The notes under the pieces: generated by a model
Seen by the model: only the letters and a program-made list of their open reading frames with translations
Databases searched by the model: none
Told to the model about the DNA's origin: nothing
From: Rhynchobatus australiae
Taxonomy: Eukaryota
Reading direction: 5' to 3'
DNA length: 64,000 nt
Assembly: GCA_034780895.1 (NCBI GenBank)
Contig: JAUZTB010000064.1
Span: 80,413,994-80,477,993, forward strand
Program-made: the position numbers and the translations under genes
Shown: positions 37,765 to 47,850 of the stretch, piece after piece
Numbering within the stretch: the stretch's first letter is position 1
Layout: each line of letters opens with the position of its first letter

Positions 37765-38105
37765 CATAGCGGGTATGGAGTTATATAACATGGAAACAGG
37801 CCCTTCTGTTCAACTAGGTTCATGCCAGCCATCAAAAACCTTCTTACAACAATCCTACACTAATCCCATTTATTCTCCCCACGTTCCCACCACCCCCTCC
37901 CGATTTCTGCCGCTCACCTATACAATAGGGGCAATTTCCAGTAGCAAATTATTCTACCAATCCACACATCTTTAGGATGTGGGAGGAAACCAGAGCACTT
38001 GGAGGAAGTCCATGTGGGCACAGGGAGACCATGCAAACTCCACACAGATGGCACCAGAGGTCAGGATTGAACCCAAGACTCTGGAAGTGTGCGGTAGCAG
38101 CTCTG
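37765..38105 (-). mobile_element. V-SINE, long CR1-type tail subfamily
   Basis: ATGGAAACAGGCCCTTC tail, TGTGGGAGGAAACCAGAGCAC V-domain, GAGGTCAGGATTGAACCC head. Confidence 0.75.
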
Positions 38106-38111
38106 TAGTGA

Positions 38112-38395
38112 GGCAGGCATGGGAGTGTAGCGGTTAGCGTAACGCTATTACAGCACCAGTGACTGGGTTCAATTCCCACCACTGTCTGTGAGGAGTTTGT
38201 ACATTCTCCCTGTGTCTGCAAGGGTTTCCTCCGGGTGCTCCAGTTTCCTCCCACATTCGAAAGTTGTACAGGTTAGGGAAGTTGCGGGCAGGCTATGTTG
38301 GCACCAGAAGTGTGGTAACACTTGTGGGCTGGCCCCCAGAACTCTCTATGCAAAAGATGCATTTCAATGTGTGTTTCAATATACATGTGACTACA
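38112..38395 (+). mobile_element. V-SINE with an alternative 3' tail
   Basis: A box TAGCGGTTAG (38128), B box GGTTCAATTCC (38166), V-domain GGGTTTCCTCCGGGTGCTCCAGTTTCCTCCCACA, tail AAAGATGCATTTCAATGTGTGTTTC. Confidence 0.8.
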
Positions 38396-39309
38396 TGTGT
38401 CTTGGTGCAGCCCTTTGCTGCCCATATCTATACAGACTGTATTTCACTGAGAGAGGTTATATCTAAGTGTCATCCTCCTATTGCTGTAGCTTCCCCTAGC
38501 CTTTTCTCATCACCATGCTGCACCTCAAGTGATGTCATCTGAAAATGCAGCCTGTTTGCTCATGAATGCTGAAGCCACACAGCTCTGCCTCAGCATAACC
38601 TCTCTGAGACTTGGTCAGAAATCTCCTCCAACTAAACACAGGGAAGACTGAATCCACTGTCTTGAGTATCACTGCAAACTCCATTCCCTAGCCACAGACC
38701 TTCCCTGGCAACTGCCTGACGCTGAAACAGACTGCTCAAAACATTGCTGTCATATTTGACTCAAAGATGAGAGTTAGACCACAAATTCACATAATCACTA
38801 TGACTATTTCCACCAGGATATTAACATCTGACTCTGCTCTGGCTGAGCACATCCACACCTTACCATTCCTACCTTTGTTCATATTAACATATTTTAGCCT
38901 GACCTCCAGAATTCTACCTCGCATCAACCAGATCACCCAAAACTCTACTACCTCTGTCCCAAATTGTGCTGAGTCCCAGTCACCTTCCACCTCTGTGCTT
39001 GCTAGCCTCCTGGTTAAGTCTTGCCATGATTGTAACATTTTCATCCTTGTTTTTGAATTGGTTCATAGCCTCGTATATGCACTCCCTCCCCTCCCCACCG
39101 CACCATCTGTATACTCTACCCCAGCCCTGCAGAGCTTGAGCAATCCAGTTTTAATTGCTCTTTCATGAGCAGCCATACTCTCAGCTGCCAAAGTCAACTC
39201 TGGAATTCCATCCCTATAACTCTCCGCCTCTCTTTTCTCCGAAAAGATCATCTTTAAATCCTATCTCGTGATGAAGCTTGTAGTCATCTGTCCATACCAC
39301 CTTGTTTCT

Positions 39310-39618
39310 ATACAATATAGAAGGAGGCCCATTTGGTTCATTAAGTCTATGCTGGCTCTCAGAGCATTCCCATTTCCTGTAACCTATTCCCATCAACTTC
39401 CCTCTGATTCTCCTACCACACACCTACGCTAGGAGCAAGTTACAGTGGCTAATTAACCCACCAACTTGCACGTCTTTGCAATGTGGGAGGAAACCCAAAC
39501 ACCCAGGGACAATCCATGATGTCATAGGGAGAATATGCAAAACCCACACACAGTACCAGGAGCCAGGACTGAACCTGGGTCACTGGAACTGTGCGGCAGC
39601 AGTTTGTCTAGTTGCACA
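39310..39618 (-). mobile_element. V-SINE, long-tail subfamily
   Basis: AGGAGGCCCATTTGG tail, TGTGGGAGGAAACC V-domain, AGGACTGAACCTGGGTCACTGG head. Confidence 0.7.
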
Positions 39619-39660
39619 GTTTTTTTTTAGATAATGCTCCTGGGAAGAGACATTTTATTT

Positions 39661-39793
39661 TAGAAATACAGACTGCAGATGCTGGAAACTAGATGAAAAA
39701 CACGATGATGCTGGAGGAACTCAGCAGGCCAGGCAGCATCCATGGAGAAAAGCAGGCGGTCAGTGTTTTGGGTCAGGACCCTTCTTCACGACC
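39661..39793 (-). mobile_element. Penelope-like terminal repeat (younger subfamily)
   Basis: Inverse of 14662-14797. Minus strand reads GGTC-GTGAAGA-AGGGTC-CT-GACCC-AAAA-CACT-GACC. Confidence 0.75.
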
Positions 39794-42700
39794 GACATCT
39801 TACTTTGTTAAAGGTGCTAGGCAAATACATTGTTGCAACACAACTATTTTCAGGATAGTGTTTATAATGTTAATAGCTAGATTTGGTGAAATATTTTAAA
39901 TCACGCACTTTGTGTTTATCATCTTTCACTTGTTTATTCCTTATATTGCTCAATTATTCTCATTCTTTTCGAACTGTCAAAGTTTATGCTGTAGAACTTC
40001 ATAAAGTAGCACAAAAAGCAAATGAAAATTTGCCTTTGGTTTTGAGGCTCAGTGGCATCTCTTGTGTTTGACTGCAGTGACTCATGTGTTAACTATTTCA
40101 TCAATCCTACTTTCTTCACAAGCACCTATTCTCATGCTTCTACCAAACTACAATCTTGCATTGTAATTGTTAATATAGGAGTTCAGCCCAGTTCAGGACT
40201 CCCCTCGGCCAGGAATTTGATCAGTGTTTTTAACGTCCACAATGATTGTCCATTTACTAAGTGTAGATGTGCACATCCATGAAAGGCAGCATTTTTACCA
40301 TGGATTATCATCATTTATCACCCATTTAGCAAGACATCTGTTTTGCATTGGGATGTTTACCATTCAGTTACTTGGGACTATCAAAGCAACAACAGGCTTA
40401 AAATGCCAAACATTCAACTCCCATCGTAAAGCAGATTCTGCTTCTATCCACAGCTGCAGTTACTACATAAACCTTTGTCTGTTTGAATTATAAATGTAAA
40501 CCTTCAATTTTCTTCATGCTAACAGACTTGTAGTGTTTTAAATCCAATATTAAACTGTTATCTCAGTTTTTCTTCCAAGGAGGTATTTGTAAATTCTTGG
40601 TGCCCTCTGTCGACTTGTAAAGCAGCAAATACGCAGTCTTTGAAAAACCTATCTCCTTATAGAAAGAAAGAAGTCGCACATCCTGTGAATTTTAGGTAGA
40701 TTGTGAAAACCTATAGTTCCAAAGAAAACTAATTTCTACCATTTGTATTGTGCTCATATATAAACTGTCAATTCGAGCTTATTTCATCATCTTTAACATT
40801 TACTTCAGCTGGTGTCAACATAATAATATAGCTCTTTTTTGAAAAGGGTAAATATCACAGTATGAAAAAAAGCTAGAGTGAAGTAAAATTTAACCCATTA
40901 TTTTGTATTTCTACAATCCTTCATCCTAACCAAGATAATTTTCCTATCTCCATTCCAGCTAGCTAACAGCTGCTACTATNNNNNNNNNNNNNNNNNNNNN
41001 NNNNNNNNNNNNNNNNNNNNNNNNNNNNNNNNNNNNNNNNNNNNNNNNNNNNNNNNNNNNNNNNNNNNNNNNNNACTTTAGAATTTTTCAAGAGACATAT
41101 CGTCATTTCACGTTGCATTGCATTAATCAAATCTTCCAATGGTCATCTCATGCCTGAAAGTGGGGGGTTAGATCTGAGTTGGTGTGATTAAATAAAGTTT
41201 GAATCAGCAACCTGTTTTCTCTCATACCTGCTTTGACTTCCCTTCTACACCTACACCTTGTCAAAACCTGCTTTATTATCTCAATGGAGTTCTCTTAACC
41301 TTCTGGCTGAAGTGGGCCATTAGGCAACACCAGAGAACTGGTATAAATGGAAAACATCCATTTATAGCATTTCATTGACGGTTCTACCAGGTACCCAATG
41401 TAGTCACAACAGGAGATCAGGTGAACCTTTTGTATTGTTACTAGCTTAAGGTTAATCTTGCTCACTTTGTCTGGCTTCCTTTAAGATAGCTAATAAAATA
41501 TCAGGGAGTCAAATTATATCAAATATCAGTGAGTCTCAAACACATTTCAAGGCACGGATCTGGGCACCTTTAAACATAAAGCCATAGGTTTGACTCCAAC
41601 ATTCCTGCTATGCAGAGCTGGAGGAAATATATATTACCATCTACTTTGATGTTGAGGTGCAGGCATTTCCCGGTGTCTGGGGTTTTTTTAGCACATTTGA
41701 GTGGAAGTTTACAGTGGGCATTATTTGTTGCATGTGAGCCATTCAGACAGATCAACCCTTTTAATCGTTTGCAGATCCAGTAACTATGACTGGGGCTTAT
41801 CAAGTGACATTTGCTATTCATAGAACTGTGCAGTTGTATTTCTGCAAAATCAGGTCAATGTCATTCACGTGGTATAACTTCACTTAGCTAACTACTTAAG
41901 CATGTTGTGAGTGAAGTATAGATTTGCGATCTAGATTAGAGATAATAACCAGCAGAGCATCACTGACATCAAAACTCATAATCTTCTGCAAAGGATAAGG
42001 GTTTAGGGAGGTAGGATCCACAAAGACAATTGGAAGTCCAGTACAATGTAACCAAACAAAAATTTTACTGGATACTCAGTTCAATGCAATCAGGGACTGG
42101 TGAGTAAAGGCTGTAATGACTCTCGGTGATAGCCAGGGAAATTAGACTGTGTAACTGGTAGCAGTAATTCAAGTCAGACAACAAGCAGCAGAGAGGAGAG
42201 TGAAGCATGGAGCCCAAGGAGAGGAGTCAGGAGCNNNNNNNNNNCGTCTAGCCTCTCAGCAGTAGAGATATGAGACAAGATGGACGGCAAAAGCAAGGGT
42301 AATGTACTTTGGGAGTGAAACTGACAAGACAATGAAATTAACCTGCAGCACAGACTGTAGAGGCTGCTTGTGATGTAACACTGATGCCAGGGGTTCAAGA
42401 GGTTCTTGTAATCAAGTGAGCAATCGGAATTGCCTCTTTTAAAAGTATTGGGCCCTGACAGCAGCTGCTCATCTTTCAGTGTTTCATCTTCCTTGTTCTT
42501 GAGGGTGATGAATAAGAAGTGACTGTTAAAGAGACCGAGCTCAACGCCTCAGCTGTTATAGCTTGTCACATAGGTCGGATGGTTGGGATTCTCGAGCTGG
42601 GGAGCTGCAGCCTGCGATGTGGATTTCCCACAAGGATGATCTTTGCTTTAACTTGTCAGGTCAGGTGTAGCTTTCAAAGATCAAATGGCAAAACTAGTAA

Positions 42701-42899
42701 AGATACTACAGCATTAAAAAAAAGTTCCCTTTAAAGACAGCACAGAATTTTAATTATCACAATAACTAAGACCAAAGGGTCTTGCAGGATATTAGAGAAT
42801 GTTGATATGAGAGATGCATTAGAAATAAACAGGACTGCAAGTCTTTATGCTGGGAACAGGTGGATTGGATGTCTTTTTCCTCGTCAATTTTGAGCTGAA

Positions 42900-43195
42900 C
42901 GGAAATAAAACAAAAATTACAATTGTGAAGTAAAATAGAAAATGTTAAAAATACATCTGAAACAGAAAGAGAATTTAAGTTTTGTAAGTGACCTTTCTTC
43001 CAAACTTGAATCACAGATGCTGGAATCTAGAGCAAAATACAAACTGCTGGAGGAACTCGGGGTCAAGCAGTTTCTGTAGAGGGCAAAGGGATGGACCCAT
43101 TCCCGATGCAGGGTCTCAACCTGAAGCGTCGACTGTTCCTTTGACTCGACAGACGCTGCCCAACCACTGTTTCTCCAGCAGTGTGTTTTATTCCT
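42900..43195. mobile_element. Cluster of Penelope terminal repeats including a fold-back (43010-43195)
   Basis: AACTGCTGGAGGAAC versus TTCTCCAGCAGT. Internal CCGATGC-AGGGTC-TC-AACCT-GAAG-CGTC-GACTG. Confidence 0.6.
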
Positions 43196-44547
43196 TCCAA
43201 ACTCATTGTAAATTTAAACAAGAGGAGTATTTTGATTTATCCAAACGTATTCCTTATCTGAAGATTCCTTAGTCGTTATGTATGCAGAACTGCATCTGAA
43301 ACTTTCTAGAATGAATAGAATTGATATATTCTATTCATTTAGCATATTGAATGTGATACTGCTTGATTCAGGGATTGTAATTGATTCACGCAATGAACCA
43401 TTCATGAGTGGATAATGTAGCTACAATGCAGAACTGCAAAAATTCCCAATCAACTTTTAGTGCATTGAGGAGATCTCAAGGTCATGACCAAAATTCATTG
43501 TACCAGCTGGGAATTTCCCCAGTCAATCACTACGGCATTAATTAAACATTGGTGAAAACAGTTTATTTGCAGAAATAAAACTTTCAGTGTTCTGTGAAAG
43601 TTATGGCAGCAAATTGCAAAAAGTTTGAGTAATTTCTTGCCTATTATGATAACTACAACTGCACAATTATTGTTTTTCAATAAAATCCATGAAAATTATT
43701 AATGTACTGTATAGTAACAGTACCTAAATCAACATAACTCATGCAACCAGTTGATTTTAACCCAAATCACACATCAGATTTTCTAAGGTTACATCATTCA
43801 CTTGCCAGAGAATAAAGTACATATTAATTTTAGCATGCTTTCAGTTTAGATTAGCTCAAAAAGATTAAAACTTTTTTCAATTATAATTGATTATCTGGAG
43901 CACCAGTTTAATGATGCAGTGATCTAAGTTTCAACTAATGACTTTTCATGGCCTCTGTGCTAATAAATCCGATTATAATTCTGAAATAGTTTGAATATAC
44001 CTCCCAGAATAGTGAAGTATCATAAAATTGTTGCTAAGATAGAAAATCTGTATCATTTCAATCCTACGCACAGAATTGTGTACCATTAATCATCAGAATA
44101 GAATTGTCAGCAATGACACTTGCATCAGCAGCATTCAGAATTTTCTCATTCTCATGATAATTCAAAAATGCTCTGCACCTACAGTNNNNNNNNNNNNNNN
44201 NNNNNNNNNNNNNNNNNNNNNNNNNNNNNNNNNNNNNNNNNNNNNNNNNNNNNNNNNNNNNNNNNNNNNNNNNNNNNNNNNNNNNNNNNNNNNNNNNNNN
44301 NNNNNNNNNNNNNNNNNNATAAGCAATATTTTCAGTAATTATTGGATAGGCATAGGAAATAATCTGTCCTTGGATACACAACCAATAGTATTGCCAGCAG
44401 TCCAGGGAGCTTAAACTCCAGCCTAAAGTTAGGGTTCATTAACATTATTTGCACAAGTTGCCCATGGCTGAAACATCTCCATTAGCCTCTTGTGCATCTG
44501 AAGATAACAATCGTTGAGCTGCTTACATTGCCAGCTGCTTAGCTAAC

Positions 44548-44785
44548 TCTGGGAGGAGGTACAGGAGCCTGAAGACCCACACTCACCGATTCATGGACAG
44601 CTTCTTCCCCTCTTCCATCACCTTTCTGAATGGTCCATGAACCCATTAACACTACCTCATTATTCCTTTTTTTTTAAGCACTATCTATTTTGTAATTTAT
44701 AGTCATTTTAATGTCTTTGCACTGTACACAAAATAACAAATGTCACATCATATAGGCCAGTGATAATAAATCTGATTCAGATTCA
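44548..44785 (+). mobile_element. Rex/Babar-type LINE 3' end
   Basis: Encodes GRRYRSLKTHTHRFMDSFFPSSITFLN. Tail GATAATAAATCTGATTCAGATTC. Confidence 0.8.
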
Positions 44786-45061
44786 TGTCACATCTTTAGA
44801 TGCAGCTCAGCCATTGGGGTGGGGGGTGCAGTGGAGGTGGTCAGCTTTACTAGTAGTGGTCCTAAGACACATTGCACATTAAGATTTTTTTAAAAACATG
44901 CACCTTTGTGATGGCAGCCTCCTGGAAATTCACTCAGGATTGTTACTTATGTCATGTTGTGTAAACCCAGTAAGATTCCTTTATGGCCATTCTGCTCAGG
45001 ACAAGTTGATTTCAGGAATGATTGTTAAAATGAGAGTTTAGGCCCTTTCTTTTGTTTACTC

Positions 45062-45770
45062 TTAGGTTCGGATATTACTGGAAAGGTCAGTAATGACCAT
45101 TGTTAATGCCTTTTGAGAAAGTTGTGATCTTCCTCCATGCACTGCTCCTGTCCTTGCGGTGAAGGTACNNNNNNNNNNNNNNNNNNNNNNNNNNNNNNNN
45201 NNNNNNNNNNNNNNNNNNNNNNNNNNNNNNNNNNNNNNNNNNNNNNNNNNNNNNNNNNNNNNNNNNNNCTTGCGGTGAAGGTACCATCATGTTCTGTAGG
45301 GTAGTAGATCAGAAATTTCATCCAGCGAGAATGAGGGAATGGTAATGTATTTCTCAGTCAGGATGTTGTGCAACTTGGAAGAGGATCTTGCAGTTGTCGA
45401 TGTTCCCATGCACCTGCTGTCCTTGTCTTTCTAGGCTGCAGATATTGTGCATTTGGGAACCTTGGCGAGTAACTGCGGAGCATTTTGCAGAGAGGACATA
45501 CTGCAATTATTGTGCCACAGTGCTAAAGGGACTGAGTGTTCAGGGTACTAGATGGGCTACAATCAAGCAGGTTGCCTTGTCTTGCATGGTGTCGAGCTTC
45601 TAAAGGGGTGTTGGAGCTGCAGTTATCCATGCATGTTCCTGACATGTCCTGCAGATAGTGCAAAGGCATTGGGAGTCAGTCACTATCGAATATTTTTGCT
45701 CTGGCCTGCTCTTGTGGCCTCAAGGTTTATGTAGCGGTCCAGTTAAATTCTTGGCCTCTATTCAAGGGGT
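45062..45770 (-). mobile_element. CR1-group LINE 3' fragment
   Basis: Colinear with 27200-27830 (GTGGTGGTATTTTC / GTTGTCGATGTTCCCATG..CTTGTC). Confidence 0.55.
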
Positions 45771-46859
45771 CTAACAGTTGGTACCAGGATATCTCCACAA
45801 TCCTTGAACAAAAACACAAGTGTAAGCATGGTAGAGCAATATTGTCATTGAATCTTAGATTTATACAGAACAGAAATGGGCCCTTTTTCCCACCACTTCC
45901 ATGCCAACCTTTTTGGCAATTTTCCCCAGAAAACAGAGGCACAGCAGAAGCCAATTTCACCCTCAATTTCCCCAAAATTTCAGGGGAGATGAGGAGGGGA
46001 TTCTGGTTGTAAGAAAGTGACTCAGGATGCCTAGAATTTAATGACTGAGCCCCTTTGTCATTTTTTAACTTCACTCCCCACCGAGCAATTGACCAGATTC
46101 CCCAAGATACTGGGTGTGTCCTGCACCTCCTGACCAACAAGCAGGACACTTAAAAACATTTCTCTGCCAACTGCTCCTTTCTCTCTTTTGAGTGCCAAGC
46201 CTTGGAGATTATGGCCAGCATTAACTGACTGTAATATCCTAAGAAATGGGGACAGACATACACCCTTCAATCACTGGCCCCTTCTCTCTGATTCGGGTTA
46301 CTTGCACATCTCCAAACCAACTGTGGTTAGACCAGAAATAGTGAAGCTCATGACTTGTTGGGTTTGCAATGCACAGATTTTTTATTGCAGATCTGCCCTT
46401 GGTAACTTGAGGGGAAGATAAAATCCACCCTCCTCCCCATGTCTATAAAAGAGGAAAGTACATCTCAGTCTTTGTCTCAAATTGCGTTTGAAACATATAT
46501 TTAGAGAGAACTTCAGCCTCTCTTCATTCATCTCCCAAAATAAACAGAGGATCAATAATTCTGGTTGTTTAAAATTTAACATGGCAGTCCACAAATTACT
46601 GTGGCTGAAACTAATAAATGAACAGTGTAGCACTGTTGTTAAAATACCAGAGAAATATTACACAAGTGAATTTAACATCACACATAGGCCTGCAGTCATG
46701 ATTCATAATTTACAGGACTATTGCCCATAATCATTAACCAGGATCGAGATCTCTGCTCATCCGACTATGGATCAGTTCTCCTAATTCTAACTATCCTCAA
46801 ACAGATGCTGCTGTTCCATTACACAGTAGTTCTCATTAGGGACTCTGTTACTTTTCTAC

Positions 46860-47200
46860 CACCAGCTTTTACTGCCTTCTGTTCTCCTATTGCCATCAGA
46901 TTTCTGTTGCCTTCTGCCCTAACTCTTGATCCTCATCTCAGATACCAATATAAACTGTTATGTGGTCTTTCCATCTTCTTTGGTACCCCTGCCCTCTCTA
47001 TTGCTACTGCCCCCTCTCTTGTTCCCTTCATTTTACACACTGCCCCAGCAGCTCTGATCTAGCTCATGTGTGCCACTGATTCTTGCTCCATCATCTCCGT
47101 CCATTTACTCCTTAAACTTGCCTGATTGCCTTTCATTTAATCTTTCTTCCCTATTCCTGTACACTTTCAAAAGTACCTCCCTGGTAGCCAGTCATTCATA
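46860..47200 (+). mobile_element. Highly decayed L2-like 3' fragment
   Basis: Pyrimidine-rich region loosely colinear with 39000-39290. Confidence 0.35.
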
Positions 47201-47430
47201 CTCAAGTGTGGAGGTTGAACTAGTGAACAGTCTAAAATGGGAAGCCCTCTTGAATTGTTTTACTTCCATTCAAGTCAAATTTTTGTGCCGTGGGCTCAAT
47301 GCTAAATGGTGNNNNNNNNNNNNNNNNNNNNNNNNNNNNNNNNNNNNNNNNNNNNNNNNNNNNNNNNNNNNNNNNNNNNNNNNNNNNNNNNNNNNNNNNN
47401 NNNNNNNNNNNGGGCTCAATGCTAAATGGT

Positions 47431-47444
47431 GCGCCCTCTGCTCG
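47431..47444 (-). promoter_or_regulatory. Candidate CTCF site
   Basis: Minus strand CGAGCAGAGGGCGC, one mismatch to the CCAGCAGAGGGCGC core. Confidence 0.35.
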
Positions 47445-47699
47445 GTGGTCTCAAATATTTGTATGCTGTTTGGATTAATGGCTATATACAAGGTATACCT
47501 TGCTCTATCTTGCTCCATCATGCACTCAAGGCAACTACAGCGCAGGTTAGTTGCGGAGTGGAGTTCTGTTAACCTGATTCATCTACGCCTGGAAGGAAGC
47601 TACAGTGAGTGCACAGACTCATGCCCCATCCAAACGATCCTTTGAAGCACACACTTTTGCTCAGACAAGTGCACATAATGAAGCTCATCTGCAATGCCT

Positions 47700-47850
47700 C
47701 ATCAAACATCCATAGGGCAGATAAGTAATGGTAGATATGTGGTAAAGGTCTGCCTGCATTGTTCCATCATACTTTTACGTTAGGCATCACACAGGTTAGA
47801 TATAAAGTAAATGCCTTCCTACAGCATTCCATCAAACATTCCCAGGTCAG
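47700..47850. repeat. Degenerate 65-bp minisatellite, about 2.3 units
   Basis: CATCA(A/T)AC starts at 47700, 47765 and 47830. The two complete units each contain GG(T)TAGATAT...GTAAA. Confidence 0.55.

Larger units (their letters stand above)
38490..39840 (+). mobile_element. L2 LINE 3' fragment with nested SINE and Penelope repeat
   Basis: Decayed YADDTQLY region at about 38560 and KTESTV. L2 end split into ATAATGCTCCTGGGAAG (39631) and GTTAAAGGTGCTA..AAAT..TTGTTG (39807-39836). Confidence 0.6.

Noticed and set aside
38112-38185. Possible tRNA gene (A and B boxes)
   Set aside because: It continues directly into the V-SINE body, so it is a SINE head.
45152-45284. Direct repeat CTTGCGGTGAAGGTAC on both sides of an N run
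   Set aside because: It flanks a 100-N placeholder gap, so it is an unmerged contig overlap rather than a TSD.
47292-47431. Direct repeat GGGCTCAATGCTAAATGGTG on both sides of an N run
   Set aside because: Same scaffolding artefact; also seen at 11710-11825 (TCATCTTG).
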